Positions 26,235-35,288 of a stretch of DNA of 64,000 nucleotides are shown piece by piece (position 1 is the first letter of the stretch; every line of letters begins with the position of its first letter). The position numbers were made by a program, and so were the translations under genes. The DNA comes from Actinomycetota bacterium (GTDB lineage: Bacteria; Actinomycetota; Acidimicrobiia; Acidimicrobiales; VFJN01): assembly GCA_009886035.1 (NCBI GenBank), contig VFJN01000053.1, forward strand, positions 3,251-67,250, given 5' to 3'. The notes under the pieces are model-generated. The model saw only the letters and a program-made list of their open reading frames with translations, ran no database searches and was not told the origin of the DNA.

Positions 26235-27688
26235 CCCCTCTCGGGTTGATCGGTGGGATGATCCACCTCGGCGGCGGCGAGGTGCCGCCGGTCGATCTTG
26301 TGCATGGGGGTGAGGGGTAGCTCCGCCACCAGTCGCAGCGCCTCAGGCCACTTATAGCGAGCCAGCCGGGGCTCGAGAAATGACCGTAGGTCTGCCAGGG
26401 TGGGAGGTCGTTGGGGGTCGGCGGGCACGACGATGGCTACACCGTGTTCCCCCATGAGCGCGTCCGGTCGCGGCACCACCACCACCTCGGTTACCGCAGG
26501 GTGGTCGGCGAGCACCGCCTCCACCTCGGCGGGGTACACGTTGTAGCCCCCCCGGATGAACATGTCGGTGAGGCGGCCCGCCAGGCGCAGGAGACCCCGC
26601 TCATCGATGAGGCCGAGGTCGCCCGTGCGCAGCCAGCCGTCGCTCAGCGCGTAGGCGGTGGCATCGGGGTTCTGCCAGTAGCCGGTCATGGCGGTGGGGG
26701 AGCGCAGCCACACTTCTCCCACCTCGCCCCCGGGAAGGGTCTTGGTGTCGTCGCGGATCGCGATGGTGATGTCGCCCCTCGCTCGGCCCACGGTGAAGAG
26801 GGCTTCGTCGTCATCGGCGTCGAAGGCGGTGCCGGTGCCACAGCCGCCCGACTCGGTAGAGGAGTACCGGATCGAGTAGTCGGCCTGGAACCGGGCTCGG
26901 GCTTCTCGCACGAGCGTCGGTGGTGAGGCAGCACCACCCACGATCAGATGTTTCACGGCGCCCAGGTCGTAGGCGTCAAGGTCCTCGCGGAGCAGCAGCG
27001 CGATCTGGGGGGCCACTCCGCCGATGGCGCTGATGTGGTGGGTGGCGATGCAGGCCAACGCATCGCGGGCGCGCCAGCGCGCCAGCAGGTGCGTGGTGGT
27101 GCCGAGTCGGAGGTACCACGGCAGTTTGGTCATGAAGCCCACATGGGCAAATTGGGTGCCCGCCAGCAGATGGGCGGCGGGCATGGCGGGGTTGCCCCAG
27201 ACGTCGGCCCCATCGATGCGGGTGATGGCGGCCAGTTGCCGGTTACCAAAGACGGCCCCTTTGGGCGCGCCGGTGGTGCCCGAGGTAAATACCAACGCCA
27301 CGGGACGGTCGGGGTCGGGGGCGAGGGGGGGGACGGCATCGGAACGGCGCAGCGCCTCGACCTCAGCGGCGCTGGTGAGGGTGAGGGCCGCCCCCGCCAC
27401 CTGCATTACCGCCGCCTGCTCGGGGGGTGCCAAGCGTGGGTTTACCCCCGCGGTGATGGCGCCAATCTTGGCGGCGGCGGCGTAGGCAATGACGTACGCC
27501 GACTCCGACGGGAGGCCCAGCAGCACCACATCGCCCTCGGTCACCCCGGCGGCGGCCATCCCGGCGGCTACTTGGCTGGAACGCGCGTCGAGGTCGGCGT
27601 AACTGAGGGTGCGGCCATCGGGATCCACGAAGGCCACCCGGTGTCCGAACCGGGCGGCCGCTCCCCGCACGGTGGCCGCCAGTGTCAC
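26231..27688 (-). CDS. AMP-dependent acyl-CoA synthetase/ligase
   Basis: 485 aa from a GTG start. AMP-binding motif FTSGTTGAPKG, plus YSSTE, GWLRTGD and a C-terminal PLTPMHKIDRR. Confidence 0.9.
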   Translation of the reverse strand: MTLAATVRGAAARFGHRVAFVDPDGRTLSYADLDARSSQVAAGMAAAGVTEGDVVLLGLPSESAYVIAYAAAAKIGAITAGVNPRLAPPEQAAVMQVAGAALTLTSAAEVEALRRSDAVPPLAPDPDRPVALVFTSGTTGAPKGAVFGNRQLAAITRIDGADVWGNPAMPAAHLLAGTQFAHVGFMTKLPWYLRLGTTTHLLARWRARDALACIATHHISAIGGVAPQIALLLREDLDAYDLGAVKHLIVGGAASPPTLVREARARFQADYSIRYSSTESGGCGTGTAFDADDDEALFTVGRARGDITIAIRDDTKTLPGGEVGEVWLRSPTAMTGYWQNPDATAYALSDGWLRTGDLGLIDERGLLRLAGRLTDMFIRGGYNVYPAEVEAVLADHPAVTEVVVVPRPDALMGEHGVAIVVPADPQRPPTLADLRSFLEPRLARYKWPEALRLVAELPLTPMHKIDRRHLAAAEVDHPTDQPERG

Positions 27689-28491
27689 CGGATCGTGGGA
27701 TCGATGCGCACGCCCGAGGTAAAGACCGACTGGCCTTGGGCGAGGGCCTCGGGGCTCATGGCGAGATTGAGGAACGTATTGCCCACGTCGAGCATCTGAG
27801 ATCGCGTGAGTTCCCGGGCGGCCCAGAGGGAGCGGAGGCTGGCCTGCACGGCGGCGGGGGGCTGGGAGGCGATGGCGGCGGCGATGCGGTGGGCGGTGGG
27901 GAGAAGATCAGCGCTGGGTACGACCTCGGTGACCAAGCCGATCTCCAGGGCCCGGGCCGCGCTGATGCGTTCGTGGTTCCCCAGCAGGGTCATGCGCATC
28001 ACTTCCCCGAAGGGCATGTGCTGCAACATGAGGGCCGGTTCGAACACGGCCGGCATGCCGTAGGTCACGTGGGGGTCGAAGAAACTGGCGTGGTCGGCGG
28101 CGATGAGGATGTCGGCCTCGCCCAGCAGATAGAAGGCGCCCCCGCACGCCATACCGTTGATAGCGGCGATGACCGGCTTCCAGCATTCGTTGCTGCGGGG
28201 GCCGAGGCGGCCACCGGGATCGCGATAGGTGAGCGGGTCGAAGGTGTAAGCCACACCGTCTGCGGCGGGCACTTCGGAACGGTCGATGCCCGTACAGAAG
28301 GCCTTGGTGCCGGTGGCGGTCACCACGATGGCCCGCACGGTGTCGTCCTCGCGTACCTGCGCCCAGGTGGCGGCCATCTCGTCGCACATCGTGGTGGTGA
28401 AAGCGTTGTGATGATCAGCCCGGTCGAGGGTGATGGTGGCCACTCCGGCGGCGGCCTCGTAGCGGATCGTGGTGAGCGTGGTTGGGTCCAT
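27685..28491 (-). CDS. enoyl-CoA hydratase/isomerase family protein
   Basis: 268 aa. VVTATGTKAFCTGID and AAINGMACGGAFYLLGEAD. GTGA overlap with the downstream ligase start. Confidence 0.9.
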   Translation of the reverse strand: MDPTTLTTIRYEAAAGVATITLDRADHHNAFTTTMCDEMAATWAQVREDDTVRAIVVTATGTKAFCTGIDRSEVPAADGVAYTFDPLTYRDPGGRLGPRSNECWKPVIAAINGMACGGAFYLLGEADILIAADHASFFDPHVTYGMPAVFEPALMLQHMPFGEVMRMTLLGNHERISAARALEIGLVTEVVPSADLLPTAHRIAAAIASQPPAAVQASLRSLWAARELTRSQMLDVGNTFLNLAMSPEALAQGQSVFTSGVRIDPTIR

Positions 28492-28511
28492 CGCCCGGCG
28501 ACGCTATCCGC

Positions 28512-28524
28512 GCCCCCCGGGGGC
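28512..28524 (-). terminator. GC-only hairpin (GCCCCCCGGGGGC) 3 nt downstream of the epimerase stop; U-tract-less terminator candidate
   Basis: A C6/G5 run palindrome is seen directly in the sequence. It lies at the end of the four-gene sugar operon. No U tract follows. Confidence 0.3.
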
Positions 28525-28526
28525 CG

Positions 28527-29549
28527 TCAGATGCGACCGTCAGCGAGGGCTTGTTGGATCCACGGGATGACCTCGTCGAGCATGTCTTCAAGACTGGTGG
28601 TGGCTTCGAACCCGAGCACCCGTTTGGCCTTGAGGGTTGAGGGAACCCGGCGGTTCACGTCGTGGTCGTAACCGGGGTCCGACACAGTCCGCAGCGGCTC
28701 GCCGGGGCCCTTGATCTTGTGCCAAATGATCTCCGCCAACTCCATCACGGTGGTGGACCGCTCCGTGGAGAGGTTGAAGTCATCGTTGCGGGCATCGGGG
28801 TGCTCCATCGCCGTCACGATGCCGCGGGCGAGATCTCCCCCGTAGGTGTAATGACGGATCTGGGAGCCGTCGCCCAGGATGTGCAACGGGTCTTGGCCCT
28901 TGAGGATCTTCTGGACGAGGTCGGGCACGACGTGACTCATGGCCAGTTTCACGTTGCCACTGTCCACCTCTACATCGCCCAACGCCCGGGCCTCGCCGAT
29001 GCCCACGCAGTTGAACGGTCGGACGATGGTGTACGGCAGTTGGTATTGGTCCCAGGCGGCCCGGGCGAAGTACTCGACCGCCAGTTTCTGGAATCCGTAG
29101 GAGGACAGCGGCGGGGCGATCCGTCGCTCGTCGCCCTCGGTGGAGGGCCAGGTATCGGTGGACTCGTAGACCATCGACGAGCTCATGTAGGTGACCTTTT
29201 GCAGCCGGCCGTCTTTGGCGGCGGCGATGCTGGCATCGCACGAGGCGGCCATGATCCGCTCGTTGTTGGCGAGCAAATCGTAGGCGTAGGCGTGGAAGTA
29301 GGAAATGCCGCCGATCATGGCGGCACCGGCGATGAAGTGGTCGCAGTCTCGAAGGATGTCTGTCATGAGGGCAACGTTGCGGGCGTCACCCTCCACCAAG
29401 CGGTAGTTGGGGTCGTCGTCATACGACTTGGCTACCTTGCCGTACTTGGAGTGGTCGTCGATGCCGACCACGGAGTAACCGCGTGAGAGGAGTTCGGCGA
29501 CGACGTAGCCGCCGATGAATCCTGATGATCCGCTGACGAGAACGTTCAT
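28527..29549 (-). CDS. NAD-dependent epimerase/dehydratase (extended SDR, nucleotide-sugar modifying)
   Basis: 340 aa from ATG 29549. VSGSSGFIGGYV (GxxGxxG), SSSMVY and YGFQK (YxxxK). ATGA overlap with the GT2 stop. Confidence 0.85.
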   Translation of the reverse strand: MNVLVSGSSGFIGGYVVAELLSRGYSVVGIDDHSKYGKVAKSYDDDPNYRLVEGDARNVALMTDILRDCDHFIAGAAMIGGISYFHAYAYDLLANNERIMAASCDASIAAAKDGRLQKVTYMSSSMVYESTDTWPSTEGDERRIAPPLSSYGFQKLAVEYFARAAWDQYQLPYTIVRPFNCVGIGEARALGDVEVDSGNVKLAMSHVVPDLVQKILKGQDPLHILGDGSQIRHYTYGGDLARGIVTAMEHPDARNDDFNLSTERSTTVMELAEIIWHKIKGPGEPLRTVSDPGYDHDVNRRVPSTLKAKRVLGFEATTSLEDMLDEVIPWIQQALADGRI

Positions 29550-30250
29550 GACAACCTCGACCCGAAGGAATAGCGATACCACCGCAGGTAGCGGGGCAAC
29601 CAAGACCAGATCTGGAAGTTCGACTGGCCCACCGAGCGATCTACCCAGATGGTGGGAAGTTCCGCCACCGGGAGACGATATCGCCTGGCCTTGGCCACCA
29701 GTTCCAAGCCCATCTCGAAGCCCGTATCGGATTCAACCCCTACCTTCTGCAGAAAGGCGCGGTCGTACGCCTTGAAGGAGTTGGTGGCATCGTGGGTGCC
29801 CACGCGCGCCAACCAGCAGAGCGACAGGCCGGCACCACGCGAGAGAACTCGTTTGAGGAAGGGTCCGCCCACCTGCTGGCCCCCCTTGGCGTAACGGGAT
29901 GCCACCGCAATCACCACGCCACGGTCCACGAGATGGGCCAGCGCCTCGATCTGCCGCGGATCGTCGCTGCCGTCAGACATGGTGACCACGATGATTTTGG
30001 CCTCGGCGCGGTCGACACCAAAGCGGATGGCGTGGCCTGGTCCTTTGCCGTAGGTGTTGAGGGTGGGGACCACGCGTGGCTCGCGAAGGGCGTAGGCCTC
30101 CAGATGCGCTCGGGTGGTGTCTTCCTCGTCGTCATAGACGGCCAGGATCTCGCACGGCATGGTGATCGACTCAAAGACCCGGTCGAGAAACGCGTTGATG
30201 GCGTTGCCCTCATTGAACACCGGCACCACCACGCTGATGCGCGCCGTCAT
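29546..30250 (-). CDS. family 2 glycosyltransferase, polyprenol-phosphate sugar synthase-like (DPM1/ArnC/GtrB-like)
   Basis: 234 aa. ISVVVPVFNE, AVYDDEEDTT and TMSDGSDDP (DxD-type). Soluble, short GT2 architecture. ATGA overlap with the upstream dehydrogenase. Confidence 0.85.
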   Translation of the reverse strand: MTARISVVVPVFNEGNAINAFLDRVFESITMPCEILAVYDDEEDTTRAHLEAYALREPRVVPTLNTYGKGPGHAIRFGVDRAEAKIIVVTMSDGSDDPRQIEALAHLVDRGVVIAVASRYAKGGQQVGGPFLKRVLSRGAGLSLCWLARVGTHDATNSFKAYDRAFLQKVGVESDTGFEMGLELVAKARRYRLPVAELPTIWVDRSVGQSNFQIWSWLPRYLRWYRYSFGSRLS

Positions 30251-31440
30251 GTGGACTCCGCCGACGGGATCACGTTCCAGATGTCGATCACCGGCACCCG
30301 AGGGGAGAGCGACCGATAGAGGTCATGCGGCGCCGCCACTACGAGGAGGTCAGCCTGTTCGAGCACCGTATCCAGCGGCTCGAGGTGGTCGTCCAGGGTG
30401 ACGTAGGGATCGGTGCAAAGGACCCGAGCGGCCTTGAGCTTCAGCAGGCGTTTCAGTTTGTAGCTCAGGCTTGATCGGATGTCGTCAGACTCTCCCTTGA
30501 AAGCCATGCCGAGGAGACCGACGGTCATCGTGGAGAGGTCGTGGGCCGCCTCGATCTGGTCGACGAGATAGTCGGGGAGGCCCTCGTTCACCAGCATGCT
30601 GGCATGGCCCAGCATGAAGTTGTTCCGGTTGAAGGCGGCGAGCTGCATCGTGTCTTTCAGAAGACACGGGCCGGCGGCGAAGCCCGCCCCCGGGAGGTCG
30701 GCTGCTCGGGGGTAGTCCTCGGTCATCGCCGCCCGGATCCGTTCGAAATCGGCCCCGTAATCGGTGGCGATCATGTAGAGCTGATTGGCGGCGGCGAACT
30801 TGATATAGCGCCAGGTGTTGGTGAACAGCTTGGCCAGCTCCGCCTCTTCGACCTCGAGGGGGATCGTCTTGTCGGTGAGCCACCCGAAGAGTTCGCGGGC
30901 CCGTCGCACGGCCACGGGAGTGCGGCCCGACACGATCTGGGGGAGCGAATGGAGTTCCTCGAGTGCTTTGCCCTCGGCGATGCGCTCGGGGCAGAACGAC
31001 ACGTCGATGGCCAGGGAATGCTGGGCGAGCAAGCGCTCCACCAGGGCGGTGACACCCGGGTAGACCGTGCTGCGCATCACGAGGTGCTGGCCATCCCGCA
31101 GGTGGTCGATCATCCCCTCGATGGCGTGCACCACCGCCGCGGGGTCGGGGTTGAGGTGCTCGTCGACGGGCGTCCCGATGACCACCACCACATGGTCGAC
31201 GTCGCTGACCAGGGCGGGGTCGCTGGTCACGGTGAGGTTTCCCTTGGCCAGTACCCGCGCCAGCAACTCATCGGCACCCTTTTCGACAAAGGGCATCTGG
31301 CCGGCGCGCACGAGGGCCACTGCATCGGCGTTGATGTCGTAGAGCAAAACCGGTAGGCCAGCGTCGGCAAAGGCGAGCCCGAGGGGTAGCCCGACATGCC
31401 CACATCCGCCCACGATGGCTACTCGATCCTTAGCAACCAC
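30247..31440 (-). CDS. UDP-glucose/GDP-mannose dehydrogenase family (nucleotide-sugar dehydrogenase)
   Basis: 397 aa from a GTG start. Rossmann motif IVGGCGHVGLPLG, catalytic Cys region FAAGPCLLKD, and a C-terminal UDP-binding domain (GMAFKGESDDIRSS). Confidence 0.9.
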   Translation of the reverse strand: MVAKDRVAIVGGCGHVGLPLGLAFADAGLPVLLYDINADAVALVRAGQMPFVEKGADELLARVLAKGNLTVTSDPALVSDVDHVVVVIGTPVDEHLNPDPAAVVHAIEGMIDHLRDGQHLVMRSTVYPGVTALVERLLAQHSLAIDVSFCPERIAEGKALEELHSLPQIVSGRTPVAVRRARELFGWLTDKTIPLEVEEAELAKLFTNTWRYIKFAAANQLYMIATDYGADFERIRAAMTEDYPRAADLPGAGFAAGPCLLKDTMQLAAFNRNNFMLGHASMLVNEGLPDYLVDQIEAAHDLSTMTVGLLGMAFKGESDDIRSSLSYKLKRLLKLKAARVLCTDPYVTLDDHLEPLDTVLEQADLLVVAAPHDLYRSLSPRVPVIDIWNVIPSAEST

Positions 31441-31556
31441 CGTCGGCCCCCCGCTTGGTTATCCATGGAAAAGACAACGATAGCAACCCAAGCCGCTCCC
31501 ACCTCGATGGTGCAGGTAGTGAGGCCGGTTGTGCCGGGACGGGGCCGATAGAGGTT

Positions 31557-32261
31557 TCAGGGGTGGGTGGGGTTCGCCCGGGCCACCACGAAGGTCTGCT
31601 TGCCGAGGAGCCATTGCGCCGGAGGAAAGTGGAGATAGAAGCGAATGAGCGGCGCCGATATCGGGAGCCGCGATTCGGTGGTGTAGGGCAGGAAGCGAAC
31701 TTTCATGGTCTCGATGGTGAAGCCAGTGAGGGTCAGCGCCTCGCTCAGGCTCTTGTCGGTGATGGGGAGTGAGTGGTCGACGAAGTCCCAGTAGGCGGCC
31801 CCCAGGAGCCGGATGTTGGGCTGCAGCACCAGGAGGCGGCCGCCGGGTCGAAGAACTCGGTGGAGTTCCCGCAGCGTTGCGAGCAACTCGCCAGAGTCCT
31901 GGAGGTGCTCGAAGAAGTTGCTAACCCACGCCACATCCACGGCCCCGGTGAGATCCGCCGGTAACGCCGTTGATCGACTGTGGCAGACCCGCACGTCGGG
32001 TCCGGCCATCTCGGTGATGGTCGGGTTCAGATCGACGGCGATCTTGCTGCCGCAGCGGATGGTGTTGATGAACTCGCAGTAGCCAGCCGCCAGATCGAGC
32101 ACGACGTCGGTGGGGTCCACGTACCGCTGGAAGTGGGCCGATACGAGCGTTTCCCAGAGCACGAGCCGGTCATTCGTGCGGTGTCCGAACCGGCTGGCAT
32201 AGATGGCTTTGAGGGCTTCGGGGTCATCGGGAGCGTCGCGGGGCGGGACGGGATGATCCAT
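31557..32261 (-). CDS. class I SAM-dependent methyltransferase
   Basis: 234 aa from ATG 32261 (the track ORF to 32639 is over-extended). Motif I VVLDLAAGYCEF, and a post-I/II region VSNFFEHL...LRPGGRLLV. Confidence 0.75.
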   Translation of the reverse strand: MDHPVPPRDAPDDPEALKAIYASRFGHRTNDRLVLWETLVSAHFQRYVDPTDVVLDLAAGYCEFINTIRCGSKIAVDLNPTITEMAGPDVRVCHSRSTALPADLTGAVDVAWVSNFFEHLQDSGELLATLRELHRVLRPGGRLLVLQPNIRLLGAAYWDFVDHSLPITDKSLSEALTLTGFTIETMKVRFLPYTTESRLPISAPLIRFYLHFPPAQWLLGKQTFVVARANPTHP

Positions 32262-32366
32262 ACCTTCCCACTGTAGGTGGTGTTGGCGGCCTCTTCTCGA
32301 CCGGTGATGGTTACCGGCGCCCGCCCGGGGGCCGCTGGTGGAGCACCGGCCTGACAGGATCCCGAC

Positions 32367-33344
32367 ATGATGAAACTGCGGTGGGCGGTGCCGCGGCCGG
32401 AGGAGAACCAGCAGTGGGCAGCCCTGCTCGCCGCCATGGCCGCCGCTGATGGGCGGGGCGAGGTCCACGCGGTCGAGGACCTCGCCGATGAGTGGCGGTC
32501 GGTCTGGTCGCACCCGGCCACTGATGCCATCTTCGTGTGGGACGGTCCGGACCTCGTCGGTTTCGCCTGGTTGAAAGCGATCCCCGGGGACGGGGATGCC
32601 CACGAGGTGGCCTGCTGGGGAGGCGTAGGACCCACGCACCGGCGCCGGGGCGTCGGGACGGCGCTGATGAACTGGTCCTGGCGGCGCGGCAACGAGATTG
32701 CCGCCACCTTCGATGCCGCCTCGCCCACCAATCTGATCATCGAGGTGGGGCAGGACCAGGCTGATCTAGGGGCCTTGGTCCGCCGGGCCGGGTTCGATCC
32801 CCAGCGCCGGTTCCTCGAGGTGGCCCGCCCCACGGCGCCCGTAAACGCGGCGAGGTCAACGGGGCCGTTGGGGCTCGAGTGCGTGGGGTGGAGCCCCGCC
32901 CTGGACCACCGGGCGCGGTTGGCCCATGCCGAAGCCTTTGCCCACCATTGGGGACGACGACCCCGCAACGCTGACCAATGGGTGCAGTGGTACACGGGCC
33001 ACCGCTCCTTCCGGCCCGACCTCTCGGTGCTGGCGGTGGAAACAGCCACCGCCGCGGTGGTGGCGCTGGTGCTCACCGCCGCCTACCCGCAGGATTGGGA
33101 CCGAGGCCCGGTGGAGGCGTGGATTACCACGGTGGGCACCGTGCCGGATCGGCGCCGAGAGGGCGTGGCGGGCTGGCTCCTCGATGATGTGCATCGGCGC
33201 CTGGCGGATTCCTCCACCGGATTCGAACGCTCGATCCTGGGGGTCGACGACGAGAACTCCACCGGAGCAGGGGCCCTCTACGGCCGGTTGGGGTACGAGT
33301 TGGTGCGGTCGGTCACTACCTGGGCGCACCCGGCGGGGGACTGA
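32367..33344 (+). CDS. tandem-GNAT N-acetyltransferase (mycothiol synthase MshD-like architecture)
   Basis: 325 aa with two GNAT cores: GGVGPTHRRRGVGTALM, and VGTVPDRRREGVAGWLL...ALYGRLGYE. The MshD assignment is architectural only. Confidence 0.7.
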   Translation: MMKLRWAVPRPEENQQWAALLAAMAAADGRGEVHAVEDLADEWRSVWSHPATDAIFVWDGPDLVGFAWLKAIPGDGDAHEVACWGGVGPTHRRRGVGTALMNWSWRRGNEIAATFDAASPTNLIIEVGQDQADLGALVRRAGFDPQRRFLEVARPTAPVNAARSTGPLGLECVGWSPALDHRARLAHAEAFAHHWGRRPRNADQWVQWYTGHRSFRPDLSVLAVETATAAVVALVLTAAYPQDWDRGPVEAWITTVGTVPDRRREGVAGWLLDDVHRRLADSSTGFERSILGVDDENSTGAGALYGRLGYELVRSVTTWAHPAGD

Positions 33345-33353
33345 CGCGTTGGC

Positions 33354-34580
33354 TCAGTGAATGTCGAGCATCCGACGGGCGTTCCCGCGCATGATTTTTT
33401 CCACGACGTCGCGGGGCACGCCTTCCATCAGTTTGGTGGCCACCGCTTTGGTGTCCGGCCAGGTGGAATCGGTGTGGGGGTAGTCGGTCTCGAAGGTGAT
33501 GTTGTCCTCGCCCACCTTGTCGAGCGCATCGATTCCGTGCTGGTCGCGGAAGAAGCACCCGAAGATCTGACGGTAGTAATAGGTGGAGGGAGGCTCGGGA
33601 ACTAAGTCGGCCACGCCGCCCCATGCCCGGTGCTCCTCCCACACCGTGTCGGCCCGCTCGAGAATGTAGGGGATCCAGCCGATCTGGCCTTCGCTGTAGG
33701 CGAGTTTCACCTCGGGGAACTGCACAAGTTTGCCCGAGAAGAGCCAGTCGGCCATCGAGGCCATGGCGTTGCCGAAGGACAAGGTGGCAGCCACCGCCAC
33801 CGGCGCATCGGCGGAGGTGGCGGGCATGCGCGAGGACGAACCGATGTGCATGCAGATCACTGTTTTGGTGTCCTGGCAGGCGGCGATGAACGGGTCCCAT
33901 TCGCCGGAGTGGATCGACGGGAGGCCGAGATGGGGAGGCACCTCACTGAAGCACACGGCGCGCGCCCCGCGTGCGGCATTACGAATCACTTCCTGGGCGG
34001 CGAGTTCGGCATCCCACAACGGAATGATGGGCAGCGGAAGCAACTGGCCGTCGGAGTCGCCGCACCACTCCTCCACCATCCAGTCGTTGTAGGCCCGCAC
34101 ACACGCCTCGGCGAGGTCTCGGTCCTTGGCTTCGGTAAAGGTCTGGCCGCAGAAGCGGGGAAAACTCGGGAAGCAGAGCGACGCCTCCACGTGGTTCATT
34201 TGCATGTCTTGGATGCGGGCCTGGGGGTCGTAGCAGCCTGGCCGCATCTCGTCGTAGGTGATCGGTGACATCGTCATGTCGTCGCGGTCGAAGCCCACCG
34301 CCGCCACATGGCGTTTGTGGATGTAGACGAGGTCCTCGTAGACCCAGCAGTCGGCGAGGGGGCCCTCCGGGTCGAAGGTCTGCTCGTACTGGCCACCACC
34401 GATGTGCTTCATGTGGCCGATGCCTCGACGCTCCACGTGCGGGCCCGCTTCCCGGAAGCGTTCCGGGAGCCATCGCTCCCAGAGGTGGGCGGGTTCCACC
34501 ACATGGTCGTCCACGCTGACGATGGTGGGAAGTTCCCACTCGGTGTCGGTGGACTCGCTGGTGGGGTCGGTGATGGTCAT
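33354..34580 (-). CDS. amidohydrolase_2 family metal-dependent hydrolase (paralog of 43950..45164)
   Basis: 408 aa from ATG 34580 with SD GGGAG 8 nt upstream. SVDDHVVEP, HVEASLCFPS, CMHIGSSS and FETDYPHTDSTWP. The track ORF to 35135 is over-extended across the divergent gene. Confidence 0.85.
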   Translation of the reverse strand: MTITDPTSESTDTEWELPTIVSVDDHVVEPAHLWERWLPERFREAGPHVERRGIGHMKHIGGGQYEQTFDPEGPLADCWVYEDLVYIHKRHVAAVGFDRDDMTMSPITYDEMRPGCYDPQARIQDMQMNHVEASLCFPSFPRFCGQTFTEAKDRDLAEACVRAYNDWMVEEWCGDSDGQLLPLPIIPLWDAELAAQEVIRNAARGARAVCFSEVPPHLGLPSIHSGEWDPFIAACQDTKTVICMHIGSSSRMPATSADAPVAVAATLSFGNAMASMADWLFSGKLVQFPEVKLAYSEGQIGWIPYILERADTVWEEHRAWGGVADLVPEPPSTYYYRQIFGCFFRDQHGIDALDKVGEDNITFETDYPHTDSTWPDTKAVATKLMEGVPRDVVEKIMRGNARRMLDIH

Positions 34581-34656
34581 GGAGAGTCTCCCGGTGGGCT
34601 CGCCAGAATCTGACGGCGTGTCAGGGATTGTAGCGGCGCCCTGTAAGGTGCGGTCC

Positions 34657-35277
34657 ATGGCGCTCGACTTGGCCGGTTTGGTAGATCCAGCCCACACCGC
34701 GCTCGTGACCTCCGAGGTGCAAAACGGGGTGGTAGGAGCCACCTCGGCGCTGCCGGCCCTGGCCGAAGCGGCCGCCGTGGAGATGCTGCCAAACTTGATT
34801 CGGCTCCTGCCGGCCGCCCGCTCGGCGGGGGTGCAGGTGGTGCACTGCACGGCGTATCGCCGAGCCGACGGCAAGGGCGCCAACCACAACGCCCGACTGT
34901 TCATGGGAGTGCGTAAATCGCCGGTGGGCCTGCTGCCGGGCAGCGCGGCAGTGGCGGTTTTCCCCCCCCTCGGCCCGGAGCCCGATGACCTCGTGCTCAC
35001 CCGTACCCACGGCCTGAATCCGATGGCCGGCACCGACCTGGACCCGGTGCTGCGCAACCTGGGGATTCGCACCCTGGTGGTCACCGGGGTGTCGGTGAAC
35101 GTGGCGATCACCAATTTGGTGATGGATGCCGTCAACCACGGCTACGACGTGGTGCTGCCGCGCGACGCGGTGTGCGGCCTTCCGGGCCCCTACGCCGATG
35201 CGGTGATCGACAACACGCTGGCGCTACTGGCCGCGGTAACAACAACCGACGAACTCATGGCGATCTGGGCGGGGTGA
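34657..35277 (+). CDS. isochorismatase-family (cysteine-hydrolase fold) protein
   Basis: 206 aa from ATG 34657. ALVTSEVQNG, LTRTHGLNPMAGTDL and LVVTGVSVNVAITNLVMDAVNHGYDVVLPRDA. TAAGGT hexamer 7 nt upstream. Confidence 0.8.
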   Translation: MALDLAGLVDPAHTALVTSEVQNGVVGATSALPALAEAAAVEMLPNLIRLLPAARSAGVQVVHCTAYRRADGKGANHNARLFMGVRKSPVGLLPGSAAVAVFPPLGPEPDDLVLTRTHGLNPMAGTDLDPVLRNLGIRTLVVTGVSVNVAITNLVMDAVNHGYDVVLPRDAVCGLPGPYADAVIDNTLALLAAVTTTDELMAIWAG

Positions 35278-35288
35278 TTTTGGGAACG

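Noticed and set aside
32027-33076. 349-aa minus-strand ORF spanning the methyltransferase/GNAT divergent region.
   Set aside because: It is Ser/Ala/Pro/Arg-rich and overlaps two motif-supported genes on both strands plus their intergenic region. It has no family signal.
33219-33228. GGATTCGAAC, the reverse complement of the tRNA T-loop consensus GTTCGAATCC.
   Set aside because: The flanks do not form a T stem (GAGCG versus CCGGT), and there is no acceptor or anticodon arm. It lies inside the GNAT coding sequence. I saw no tRNA anywhere in the window.
35095-35112. The isochorismatase-family protein appears to have Ala (NVAITN) where cysteine hydrolases carry the nucleophilic Cys.
   Set aside because: From memory, genuine isochorismatases of this fold also lack that Cys, so it is not evidence of a pseudoenzyme. 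My alignment is by eye only.
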